Of a stretch of 37,829 nt of DNA, positions 9,033 through 17,813 are shown one piece after another (positions within the stretch are counted from its first letter, which is position 1; each line of letters starts with the position of its first letter). The DNA is from Chloroflexota bacterium (GTDB lineage Bacteria > Chloroflexota > UBA11872 > UBA12225), in the NCBI GenBank assembly GCA_014191415.1, contig BJHB01000002.1, forward strand, positions 1 to 37,829, read 5' to 3'. Under the pieces are notes generated by a model. That model was not told the DNA's origin, did not search any database, and saw only the letters and a list, made by a program, of their open reading frames with translations. Position numbers and translations under genes: made by a program.

Positions 9033-10280
9033 ATGAACGGCAAACTCGTCTTCTCAATTCTCTTGGTGGTGTTCATCGACCTGTTCGGGTTGAGTCTCAT
9101 CATTCCCCTGCTTCCGGGCTACGTGAAGATGTTCGGGGCTGCCGAGACGACCGGTGGGTTGCTGTTCGCCGCCTATGCCGTCATGCAGATGATTGGCGCA
9201 CCGGTCCTCGGCCGACTTTCCGACCAGTACGGGCGCCGGCCGATCCTGATCTTCTCGATCGCCGGGACTGCACTCGGGTTCATCCTGATGGGCTTGTCGA
9301 CGTCCTACCTGAAGTCCTTGGAACTGCTGTTCTTTGCCCGGATCATTGCGGGGATCAGTGGAGGAAACCTGAGTGTCGCGCAGGCGTACATCGCTGATGT
9401 AACCGATGCCAAGAACCGGGCGAAAGGCCTTGGACTGATCGGCGCGACGTTCGGACTTGGCTTCATTTTCGGCCCGGCGACCGGTGGCATCCTCGCAGAC
9501 TTGGTTGATGTGTCATTCCCATCGTATGTGGCGGCCGGCCTGTGCGTGTTCAACCTGCTTCTGGTGCTTTTCTGGCTGCCTGAGTCGCTTTCTTCCATGG
9601 AGCGGGCAGCGCGCCGCCTCGGGGCCGGCAAACAGGGGCCAATCTTTTCGTTGGAGGCACTGACCTCGGCCCTGCGCCGTCCCTTCGTGGGTTCGCTATT
9701 GATCACGCTGGCCGGCGTCACGCTGGCCGGTGGGCTCGTGCAGACCGTCTCCGGCTTCTACATGATCAAGAAGTTTGATCTCACGCCAAGCCAGATCGCC
9801 TACGTGCTGACCTACGTGGGTGTGCTGTCGGTGATCGTTCAGGGATTCCTAGCGGGTCGCATCAATGCACGGGTGCGCGAGGACGTGCTGATCCTCGGGT
9901 GCGTCGGACTGATGGCCATTGCGATGGTGGGGTGGGCACTGGCGCCAACGCTGTTGATGTTCAACCTGAACCAGATCCCGATGTCGCTCTCCCTTGGACT
10001 GCTGACAACACTCATGTCGTCCACGCTTTCCAAGTCTGTCCGGCCACAGGAGATCGGTGGCATGCTCGGCCTTGGCACATCGATTGACAGCGCGATGCGT
10101 GCGGTGGCACCGATCATTGGCGGGTTCATCTTGGAGACCTATGGCACCGCGGCCCCGGGTGGCTTCGGGGCAATCGTTATGCTTATTTCCTTCGGATACG
10201 TCTTCACGACAATCTACAACCATCCGCTGGCACTGCAACTGCGAGCTGCTCCGGCAGTGGCGGGGCCGCCCCTCGAGTAG
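9033..10280 (+). CDS. MFS transporter (TCR/Tet-like drug:H+ antiporter family)
   Basis: ORF 8985..10280; likely start ATG 9033 (MNGKLVFSILL). Motif A-like GRLSDQYGRRPIL; about 12 hydrophobic segments. Confidence 0.88.
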   Translation: MNGKLVFSILLVVFIDLFGLSLIIPLLPGYVKMFGAAETTGGLLFAAYAVMQMIGAPVLGRLSDQYGRRPILIFSIAGTALGFILMGLSTSYLKSLELLFFARIIAGISGGNLSVAQAYIADVTDAKNRAKGLGLIGATFGLGFIFGPATGGILADLVDVSFPSYVAAGLCVFNLLLVLFWLPESLSSMERAARRLGAGKQGPIFSLEALTSALRRPFVGSLLITLAGVTLAGGLVQTVSGFYMIKKFDLTPSQIAYVLTYVGVLSVIVQGFLAGRINARVREDVLILGCVGLMAIAMVGWALAPTLLMFNLNQIPMSLSLGLLTTLMSSTLSKSVRPQEIGGMLGLGTSIDSAMRAVAPIIGGFILETYGTAAPGGFGAIVMLISFGYVFTTIYNHPLALQLRAAPAVAGPPLE

Positions 10281-10292
10281 CCTTCCCGGCTT

Positions 10293-10323
10293 CCCCCATC
10301 GCCCTTGATCCTGAGGTTTCGCC
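10293..10323 (+). repeat. single copy of the C-rich extragenic repeat
   Basis: CCCCCATCGCCCTTGATCCTGAGGTTTCGCC; 14 of 16 matches to core CCCCATCGCCCCTGAT. Lies in the 44-nt spacer before the 10325 CDS. Confidence 0.65.
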
Positions 10324-10324
10324 G

Positions 10325-10987
10325 ATGATGGAGACGACCCACTACGAATTACCTGCGGAGGGAATCTCCCTGCTCGGCTATGTGGTGCGCCGGATGCACA
10401 AGACCCGGTGGTTGACGCCCGTCAAGGCTATGGCTGCGTCTGGTCAGTCCCAGGAAGCGCTGGCGCATGTGGCGGTCTACGCCATGCTTTCCTCCACGTC
10501 ATACGGCAGGGCGGGCTACCAACCGTCCTTCAACCGTGCCGGAGATGTGGAGAGTGAGGCGGACCCGGCGACGGGTGCGTCGGTAACGGCGCGGGTAGTC
10601 GCGCTGCGTCCACGGATTGCCATCGACTACGACGCGGTGCTGACAGGTGGCGAGATCTTTTCCGGTAGCGAGGAGATCCTGAGGACGACGTTCGGCCTGC
10701 GGGGACTTGGGATGGCGGCACCATCTCGGTTCACGTACACGGCGCCGGGCTACAGTGCATCGCTTGACGGAACCATTACCAGTGAGTTGACCCTCGCGAT
10801 CTTCGGTGGCACGCGAGTCCGTGGCTACGGGTCCCTCGCGATGTCGGACAGTGCCGGGAACCACGGTGAGATCACGATCGACCGTGACCAGAAGATCGTC
10901 CTGACGGTGGCTGGTGAGCGGTATGGGGTCAACCTGGCAACGTGGACCGTGGCCCGTCCGGCTGGGCCAGTGCCCCGTGGCTTTTGA
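10325..10987 (+). CDS. hypothetical protein (no family recognised)
   Basis: 220-aa ORF with ATG start, GAGG 9 nt upstream and ordinary amino-acid composition. The overlapping antisense ORF is Arg-rich junk. No signal peptide or TM segment. Confidence 0.55.
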   Translation: MMETTHYELPAEGISLLGYVVRRMHKTRWLTPVKAMAASGQSQEALAHVAVYAMLSSTSYGRAGYQPSFNRAGDVESEADPATGASVTARVVALRPRIAIDYDAVLTGGEIFSGSEEILRTTFGLRGLGMAAPSRFTYTAPGYSASLDGTITSELTLAIFGGTRVRGYGSLAMSDSAGNHGEITIDRDQKIVLTVAGERYGVNLATWTVARPAGPVPRGF

Positions 10988-11523
10988 TTGCCGACCACAA
11001 CAAGGCTGATCCGTCGTGCACCTCGCCGCTCGTGACGGAGCTCTCGCCCGGCCGTGAAGCCTCGGAAATGGGTTCCACCCCGGTCCGCGGGCATCCTGAT
11101 CCACTTTTTCCAAGTCGGTCCTGTAGTTCATCCCCGATGCTGAGGCATTTCCTCCTCTCATGGAGGGGTGAGCATTGGTGAAACCTGACGGGAGCGGCGT
11201 CGACTGAGACGGGCGCGCGAACCAGAATCGTGCTGGCGGGCAGCGATGCTCGCGGACTGAAGTGCCTCGCCGCCATCGCCTCCCCACCCTGACCCCATGC
11301 ACGTTTTTTGTCACCGCCCTCTCCGTTGCAATTGGAGAGCGGAGTGACCCGCGCATGAGCGTCCTCTCGTTTTGAACGGGATTGATCCCGGTTACCGAGG
11401 CATCAACCCGTATCGAGAGGGGTGGTGGTGCGAGAATCGCGAAGGTAACAGCGGACCCGAGTGCACCGTCTGCAAAGCAGTACGGATAGCAGCAAGTTCG
11501 CCGACTGATTTCGGGAGGCAGGC

Positions 11524-12153
11524 ATGAAGCACGTGATCGTCTGGGGTGCGGCGGGTGGCATTGGTCGTGCCGTATGTGAGGAACTGGCGGGAGATGGCGA
11601 CACGGTCGTCGCAGTGGCGCGTGATGCGTCCGATCTGGCCTCGATCACGCGGTACACCGTCGATGCCAACCTTGCCGATGAGGCGTCGGTCGCACAGGCG
11701 GTGCTGCAGGCAACAGCGGTGACTGAGGCATTTGACTTGTTCGTGTTCGCGGCGGGTGACATCACGAGTGCCAAGGTTCCAGAGATGCCTTTGACCACGT
11801 GGCACCGGATCCTCGACAACAACCTGACGGCGGCCTTCCTGACCGTTCAGGCGTCACTGCCGTACCTTGCGCCCGGGGCGCCCATCGTTCTCTTGGGAGC
11901 GGTGCACGAACGCCTTCGGTTGCCGGGTCTCGCTGCCTATGCATCGGCGAAGGTGGCTCTGGAGGCCTTTGCGGATGTGCTTCGCAAGGAGACCCGTCGG
12001 CGCGTGCTTGTGATTCGCCCCGGCGCGGTGCAGACACCCCTGTGGAAGAAGGTGCCGTTCGCGATGCCCAAGCAGGCGGCCGACGCGCACCATGTTGCGA
12101 AGCAGATCGTGGGTGCGGTCGCCGAGGGTCGCGATGGGGTCATCGACCTGTAG
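11524..12153 (+). CDS. short-chain dehydrogenase/reductase (SDR) family oxidoreductase
   Basis: N-terminal GAAGGIGRA Rossmann motif and catalytic YASAKVALEAF (YxxxK). GGGAGG lies upstream of ATG 11524. Confidence 0.88.
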   Translation: MKHVIVWGAAGGIGRAVCEELAGDGDTVVAVARDASDLASITRYTVDANLADEASVAQAVLQATAVTEAFDLFVFAAGDITSAKVPEMPLTTWHRILDNNLTAAFLTVQASLPYLAPGAPIVLLGAVHERLRLPGLAAYASAKVALEAFADVLRKETRRRVLVIRPGAVQTPLWKKVPFAMPKQAADAHHVAKQIVGAVAEGRDGVIDL

Positions 12154-12315
12154 ACGGGGAGGGTGCGGTCCCGGAGGCCCGGTGCCCATTTCCTGAGGGA
12201 TGCGGGCAGGGATGCCCCCGGGCCAGAAGACCACGGAGGGATGGCTGCGGGCCGGACGATCTGGGGAAGGGTGCCCCGCAGACCTGACGGTCCAGAGGAC
12301 AGACGCCCCGGGTCA

Positions 12316-12344
12316 TTGACTTGTGGGTACCCCGTCTTTACACT
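12316..12344 (+). promoter_or_regulatory. sigma-70-like promoter for the exporter operon
   Basis: TTGACT (12316-21), 17-nt spacer, TACACT (12339-44), about 150 nt upstream of the adaptor start. Confidence 0.5.
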
Positions 12345-12497
12345 GCCACCCGGGGAACCATGATCTTGGGACACGGGTCCGGATTGCGGTCAACGGTGTA
12401 ACCAGTGGTGCATTTCCCCCGCCTCATTCCTCCTGCTCCAAGCGCAGCGTATGTGAAGCAGGCGGGGCGAGGTGGGGGTGTGACACTGGTGCAGGAC

Positions 12498-14567
12498 ATG
12501 AGGATGGCGCTTCTGAACTGGCAAGTGGTGTTCCGGGCAGCCATTGGCGTGTCGGTGACGGCCGGATTGATCCTGGCCGGGTGCGAGGCGCCGTCGATTC
12601 CCGGAGTGACCGGAACGACACCTGCGGTTGAGACGCCTGTTGCTGCGGGTGCGCAAGCGCAACCGACCGTCATGGACAAGACGTCCACGAGTCAGTCGCG
12701 CCCGACGGCCAATGTCCGTACCGGCACGATCACCGAGTCGATCAAGGTCCTTGGCCGGGTGATCAGTTCACAGGAAGCCGACCTGTACTTCAAGACCACT
12801 GGGAGGCTGCGTGGCCTCTTCGTTGAAACGGGCCAGAAGGTCACCGCTGGTCAACCGCTTGCGGAACTCGAGACTGGCGATCTGGTGACACGGATTGGCA
12901 AGGCCCGGGCGGATCTCGAAAACGCACAGATCCGCCTCTCACAGGGTCAGGCGCGCGAGGTTATCGACGACTCGGCAGCTGAAGTGCAGGCGGTCGAAAG
13001 TGCGGAGATTGCCGTGTCCAGTGCACGCCTGGCCCGCGAACGCCTTCGATCTGGTGCGACGGAGAAGGATGTGCGCGATGCCGAGGCGACGGCGGTGTCG
13101 GCGCAGGCGTCGCTCGACAAGGCACGCCTCGACCTGACCGCGCGTGAGGCCGACCTTGTTGCAAAGCGGACCGATCTGGAGTACCGAAAGGTAGGCGCGA
13201 CCGACGCTGATCTGGACAAGGCGCGGTCGGACATTGAGGTTGCGAAGATCAAGCTGAGCCAGGCATCGGTAGGTCCCCGGGCCGAGGACATCCGCAGTGC
13301 GGAACTGGCGCTGGAACGGGCGAAGGTCCGTCTGGCACAGGTACGTGACACGCCACCGGTACGGACCGAGGACATCGCCAACGCCGAACTTGCGATCCGG
13401 ATGGCCGAGGTTTCCGCGGAACGCGTTCGGGGCGAGACCTACCTCACCATGGCGCAACGCGAAGCGGCGACCCGCCTCGCCGAAATTGAAGTTGAGAAGG
13501 CTCGCAACAACCTCAAGAAGTTGCAGAACCAGCAGGTCAATCCGTGGGACCTCCGTCTGGCCGAGCAGGATGTCATGGCCGCCGAGAATGCGGTAGCCCG
13601 ATCCAAGGTGACCGCACCGTTTGATCAGCAGGCGGCGCGGTTGGCGGTCGAGGTGGCGCAGGCACGCCTCGCGCAGCTGGAACAAGGGCCATCCGACCAG
13701 GATCTCTCGCCATTGATGAACCAGATTGACGCGTTGTCCGTGGCCATCGAGAGTGCCCGGGTGGCGGTTCCAAGTGCCCAGGCGGCTGTCCGGGCCGCAC
13801 AGGCACGCCTTGAGGCCGTCAAGCGCGGGCCGACGGAATTCGACCTGCAGGATGCGGATAACAAGATTGAGTCAGCGACCGTCGCCCTTGAACTGGCGCG
13901 GGCACGGCTTGATCTGAAGCGCCAGACGCTGGACGCGAACCGGTCGGTCATTGGGTACGACCTGCAGTCGCTGCAACTGGCGGTTGACCGGGCGAAACTG
14001 GATCTGGACCAGTTGCAGTCAAACCTCGATGATGCGCGGATCATCGCGCCATACGACGGCAAGATCGTGAAGACCAACGGCAAGCCCGGTGACAACGTCA
14101 ATGCCTTCAATCCGGTGATCAGCATCTCCAGTCCGGCGCAGTTGCTGGTGCGGTCCGAGGTCAACGAGAGCGACATGGCCAAGCTTGCGGTCGGGCAGAA
14201 GGCGATGATCAGTCTTGATGTCTTTCCGGGGACGATCCTGAACGGGATCGTGCGCGACTTGCCAAGCACCGTTGTGACGCAGCAGGGTGTGGTGGCGGAC
14301 AAGAGTACGAAGCTGACGGTGGAATGGACACGCCCGGGGGCGGATATCGGGATGCTCGCGCGGGTCCAGATCATCGTGCAACAGAAGAAGGATGTGCTGA
14401 TCATTCCGACCTCGGCGATCCGGACAGTTGGCAAGCGCCGGTTTGTCGAATACATGGATGGATCGGTGAAGCGTTCCAAGAACGTCGAGGTTGGCATCTC
14501 GACCGAACAGGAGACGGAAGTCCTGTCCGGCCTGGAGGATGGCCTGGTCATTCTTGCGGGAACCTAG
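12498..14567 (+). CDS. HlyD/MacA-family periplasmic adaptor (membrane fusion) lipoprotein with greatly expanded coiled-coil region
   Basis: ORF 12405..14567; likely start ATG 12498/12504 (MRMALLNW). Lipobox LILAGC. Barrel-sandwich halves (LYFKTTGRLRGLFVETGQKVTAGQPLAEL ... ARIIAPYDGKIV) plus beta-barrel and membrane-proximal C-terminus. Confidence 0.9.
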   Translation: MRMALLNWQVVFRAAIGVSVTAGLILAGCEAPSIPGVTGTTPAVETPVAAGAQAQPTVMDKTSTSQSRPTANVRTGTITESIKVLGRVISSQEADLYFKTTGRLRGLFVETGQKVTAGQPLAELETGDLVTRIGKARADLENAQIRLSQGQAREVIDDSAAEVQAVESAEIAVSSARLARERLRSGATEKDVRDAEATAVSAQASLDKARLDLTAREADLVAKRTDLEYRKVGATDADLDKARSDIEVAKIKLSQASVGPRAEDIRSAELALERAKVRLAQVRDTPPVRTEDIANAELAIRMAEVSAERVRGETYLTMAQREAATRLAEIEVEKARNNLKKLQNQQVNPWDLRLAEQDVMAAENAVARSKVTAPFDQQAARLAVEVAQARLAQLEQGPSDQDLSPLMNQIDALSVAIESARVAVPSAQAAVRAAQARLEAVKRGPTEFDLQDADNKIESATVALELARARLDLKRQTLDANRSVIGYDLQSLQLAVDRAKLDLDQLQSNLDDARIIAPYDGKIVKTNGKPGDNVNAFNPVISISSPAQLLVRSEVNESDMAKLAVGQKAMISLDVFPGTILNGIVRDLPSTVVTQQGVVADKSTKLTVEWTRPGADIGMLARVQIIVQQKKDVLIIPTSAIRTVGKRRFVEYMDGSVKRSKNVEVGISTEQETEVLSGLEDGLVILAGT

Positions 14568-14569
14568 GC

Positions 14570-14782
14570 ATGTCACCCCGAACAACCAATGGTTCTCCCG
14601 GCATCAGAATGAGCCGTTCCCGGTGCATGTGGAGTGGGACGGCCATCACTGCGTCGTCGGCAGGCCGCCATGGCCAACCGTCCCGACCTTCCCCCCTCAT
14701 CTCCTTGCGCTGCGCTTTGGCCCTCCCCCGGTTTGACGCGAGAGGGGCGCCCGCAGGAAGGGTCAGGGCCAAGCAACCGTGA
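14570..14782 (+). other. candidate gap-bridging small ORF (70 aa) between adaptor and permease genes
   Basis: ATG 14570 lies 2 nt after the adaptor TAG (14565-67). TGA 14780-82 overlaps the permease GTG 14779-81 (GTGA). Arg/Ser/Pro-rich product with no domain. Confidence 0.2.
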
Positions 14783-17658
14783 GTCTTGTCTCGATCCTGA
14801 CGATGGTCCTCAAGCGGATCATCAACAACCTGAGCCTGATGCTGGCGGCCGTCGTGGGTCTGGTGATCACCGTGACCTTGGTGGCAAGCATCCCGCTGTA
14901 CTCCGAAGGGATGAGCGAACAGTTGCTGTACCGGCAACTGACGGCATCGATAGACCAGGTGCAACCGAAGAGTGCCATTCTCATGAGGCACTTCGAGGAG
15001 GCATCGGTCGGGAACACGTCATCGACGGCGGCGCCGGCACCGGGTGCGGTGGCGCAGACCGGGAACGCCCCGGTGGTGACAGCGTCGGGCAATGCCTACA
15101 AGCCCGTGACACTGGACGAGTACAACAAGGCGAACGCCTATCTGGCGGATCAGGCGGAAACGACGGTTGGTATCCCGCGCACCCTGTACGTGACGTACGG
15201 GCAGAGTGATTCGCTGCCACTGCTGTCGCGAACCGATGACCAAAGCCTGCAGGGACGCGAGTTCGCGGGGTACGGGTACATCGCGTTCATCCGGGATTTC
15301 GAGACCAAGATCAAGCTGCTTGCCGGACGCCTCCCAAACCCTGAGCCCCTGCCGAATGGCGACCTCGAGGCGATGATGGCTACCGCCGGTCTCGATGAGA
15401 TCGGCCTCGATGTGGGTGACCGCATCGTGGTGGTCTGGGAGAAGCAGGGGAAACTGACCCCGATCAACATCACCATCACGGGCCGGTGGTATCCGCTGGA
15501 CACGACCGACCCCTACTGGTTCTACCAACTGGACTACTTCAACAACGCCATCATGGTGTCGGAGAAGACCTTCCTCGGGCACGTCGCGAAGACCTACCAG
15601 GGAATACCGCACGAGTTCGCGTGGTTCATGGTCTTTGATGTCAAGTCGATACGGTCTGACAACGTGGCGCGGGTCCTGGACGGGATCAATGAGCTGCGTT
15701 CGCGCACGGCAACCCTGCTGGGCAATGTCCGCATGGAACTTTCTCCGGAGACGATTCTTCAGGACTACGAGACCAAACTGTTCTTCCTCAAGATCCTGCT
15801 GTTTGTGCTGTCGGTGCCGGTGATCGGGATCGTCCTCTACTACATCACGATCAGTGCGGGGATGATCGTTGACCGGCAACGGAACGAGATCGCAGTCCTC
15901 AAGAGTCGTGGGGCAAGCACGTTTCAGGTGCTTGGGGTCTACCTGGTTGAGGGTGCGATCTTTGGTGGGTTTGCGCTTGTGGTCGGGCCGATACTCGGGA
16001 TGAGTGTGGCGCAGTTCATTGGGCGGACCTACACCTTTCTCGTGTTCACGAACCGTGATCCGCTGCCGGTGCATATCACCCAGCAGACGATGCAGTTCGC
16101 CACAGGGGCGATCGTGCTGTCGGTGGCGGCGATGATCGCACCGGCGGTCGGGGCGGCGCGGTACAGCATCGTGGCGTTCAAGCAGGAGGCGGGCCGGTCG
16201 GGACGCGGGCCATTCTGGCAACGCTGGTTCCTGGACTTCGCGCTGCTTGGCGTGGCCGGGTACGGGTATTACATGCTGTCCCAGCGCCAGTCGATCCTTA
16301 CCTTGGGCGCAGCCGGTGATGTCTTCTCTGACCCACTGCTCCTTGTGGTGCCGTGGGTGTTCATCTTTGCGGGGGCGCTGGTCTTCCTGCGGTTCTTCCC
16401 GTTCCTGATCGAGGGAATCTCCCGGGCGGGAAGCCGCGTCTACGGGGTGAGCATCCTGCTTGGCCTCCGTCAGATCAGCCGGATGCCGGGCCAGTACACG
16501 CGACTGGTGCTGTTACTGACGTTGACCCTCGCCCTGGGCACCTTTGCCGCGTCGGTCGCCAAGACCTTGGACCGCAACTACAACGACCGTGTCATGTACC
16601 AGACTGGCAGTGACCTGGCGCTGGTGGAATCGGGCAACTACGACGAAGTGTCGGAGACGTGGTCATTCCAACCGGTCGTTGAACACACCCAAGTCAAGGG
16701 TGTGCAGGCGGTGGCGCGCATCTGGCGTGGGGTTGGCAATGCGAATGTGACCGGACGTGGCCGACCGCAGGAGGTCAAGATCCTCGGCGTCGATCCACCG
16801 GATATTGCGCGCGTTGGGTGGTGGCGTGGGGACTTTGCACCGGATTCGCTGGTCTCGCTGATGAACGCGATGGGGGCGAACGAGAAGGGTGCGATTGTTG
16901 ACGCGAAGTTCCTGACCGACTTCCGCCTCAAGATCGGTGACGCGATCGTCGTGACGATCCGTCAGAAACCGATCGACCTGATCATCGTCGGCTCGGTGAC
17001 GTATTTCCCGTCCCTTTGGCCAGACACCGACCGGTTCATGATCACCAATCTGGACTACCTGTTTGATCAGGTTGGCGAGACCCCGTATGACGTCTGGGCG
17101 AAGACGGATCCGGATGTGCCGTGGCGCCAGGTCGTTGACCAGTTGCGTGACAAGGACTTCCTGGTCAGCCGGGCAACCGATGCACGCGAGACCGCGCTTC
17201 GCCTGCGTGATGACCCCGGACGCACCGGCATCTTCGGCATCCTGACCGTCGGGTTCCTGGTGGCGGCGATGCTCACCGTGCTCGGGTTCATGCTGTACTC
17301 GTTCCTGTCAGCGAAGCGCCGCATGCAGCAACTTGGCATCTTGCGTGCGATGGGTCTCTCGATTACCCAGTTGATCGGCCTCTTCATCTTTGAACAGGGG
17401 TTCCTGATCATCCTGGGCACAGCGGCGGGTACGGTCCTCGGCGTCGTGACGGGCAACCTGTTCATCCCGTTCCTGCAGATCAAGAGTGAGCAACACGCCG
17501 GCATCCCGAGTTTCGTGGTGATGACTTCGTGGGACGACATCTACAAGATCTATGCCATCCTCGGGGTGATCCTGGCGTTTGCCTTCCCGGCGTTCATCTG
17601 GATGCTGGCCCGGATGAAGATCCATGAGGCGATCAAGTTCGGTGATGAGACAGGCTGA
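14779..17658 (+). CDS. ABC transporter permease with two FtsX/MacB-type modules (fused, 959 aa)
   Basis: GTG start at 14779. Two repeats of TM, large extracytoplasmic domain and three TM helices. FtsX-domain signatures RQRNEIAVLKSRGAS and RRMQQLGILRAMGLS. Confidence 0.9.
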   Translation: MSLVSILTMVLKRIINNLSLMLAAVVGLVITVTLVASIPLYSEGMSEQLLYRQLTASIDQVQPKSAILMRHFEEASVGNTSSTAAPAPGAVAQTGNAPVVTASGNAYKPVTLDEYNKANAYLADQAETTVGIPRTLYVTYGQSDSLPLLSRTDDQSLQGREFAGYGYIAFIRDFETKIKLLAGRLPNPEPLPNGDLEAMMATAGLDEIGLDVGDRIVVVWEKQGKLTPINITITGRWYPLDTTDPYWFYQLDYFNNAIMVSEKTFLGHVAKTYQGIPHEFAWFMVFDVKSIRSDNVARVLDGINELRSRTATLLGNVRMELSPETILQDYETKLFFLKILLFVLSVPVIGIVLYYITISAGMIVDRQRNEIAVLKSRGASTFQVLGVYLVEGAIFGGFALVVGPILGMSVAQFIGRTYTFLVFTNRDPLPVHITQQTMQFATGAIVLSVAAMIAPAVGAARYSIVAFKQEAGRSGRGPFWQRWFLDFALLGVAGYGYYMLSQRQSILTLGAAGDVFSDPLLLVVPWVFIFAGALVFLRFFPFLIEGISRAGSRVYGVSILLGLRQISRMPGQYTRLVLLLTLTLALGTFAASVAKTLDRNYNDRVMYQTGSDLALVESGNYDEVSETWSFQPVVEHTQVKGVQAVARIWRGVGNANVTGRGRPQEVKILGVDPPDIARVGWWRGDFAPDSLVSLMNAMGANEKGAIVDAKFLTDFRLKIGDAIVVTIRQKPIDLIIVGSVTYFPSLWPDTDRFMITNLDYLFDQVGETPYDVWAKTDPDVPWRQVVDQLRDKDFLVSRATDARETALRLRDDPGRTGIFGILTVGFLVAAMLTVLGFMLYSFLSAKRRMQQLGILRAMGLSITQLIGLFIFEQGFLIILGTAAGTVLGVVTGNLFIPFLQIKSEQHAGIPSFVVMTSWDDIYKIYAILGVILAFAFPAFIWMLARMKIHEAIKFGDETG

Positions 17659-17813
17659 TGGTGATTTCCCGATTGCGGACCCGCCCCATGGCCCCCGACG
17701 TAGAAGGGATGTGCGTTGCCGTGGTGCCCTCACCCACCCACACCGTTGTGACGGGAGAGGATGTGATCCATCAGGTCTGCATTCATCGAGGGAGAGGGGT
17801 TAGGGCGACGTGA
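17658..17813 (+). other. candidate gap-bridging small ORF (51 aa) between permease and ATPase 1 genes
   Basis: ATG 17658-60 overlaps the permease TGA 17656-58 (TGATG). TGA 17811-13 overlaps the ATPase ATG 17813-15 (TGATG). Hand-translated product: MVISRLRTRPMAPDVEGMCVAVVPSPTHTVVTGEDVIHQVCIHRGRGVRAT. Confidence 0.2.
17682..17720 (+). repeat. single copy of the C-rich extragenic repeat
   Basis: CGCCCCATGGCCCCCGACGTAGAAGGGATGTGCGTTGCC; 13 of 16 core matches. Lies in the spacer between the permease and ATPase 1. Confidence 0.6.

Noticed and set aside
11161-11230. TPP-riboswitch-like fragments (GGGGTGAGC, AACCTGA, CTGAGA)
   Set aside because: The blocks are in the wrong order relative to the THI-box consensus, and the downstream gene is an SDR. 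Needs Infernal to be certain.
11392-11402. 10-nt identity ACCGAGGCAT shared with 29118-29127 (both in long spacers)
   Set aside because: A single 10-mer match between two ~500-nt regions is roughly a one-in-four chance event, and the flanks align only weakly.
12163-12363. 66-aa ORF and a 13-codon mini-ORF (ATG 12360) upstream of the adaptor gene as possible exported peptide or leader peptide
   Set aside because: The 66-aa ORF lies upstream of the predicted promoter and is Arg/Pro/Gly-rich. The mini-ORF lacks a usable ribosome-binding site. There are no precursor-peptide features such as a double-Gly leader or Cys/Ser/Thr-rich core.
15019-16221. 400-aa minus-strand ORF
   Set aside because: Antisense to the FtsX-type permease. 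Arg/His/Pro/Asp-rich junk composition with no domain.
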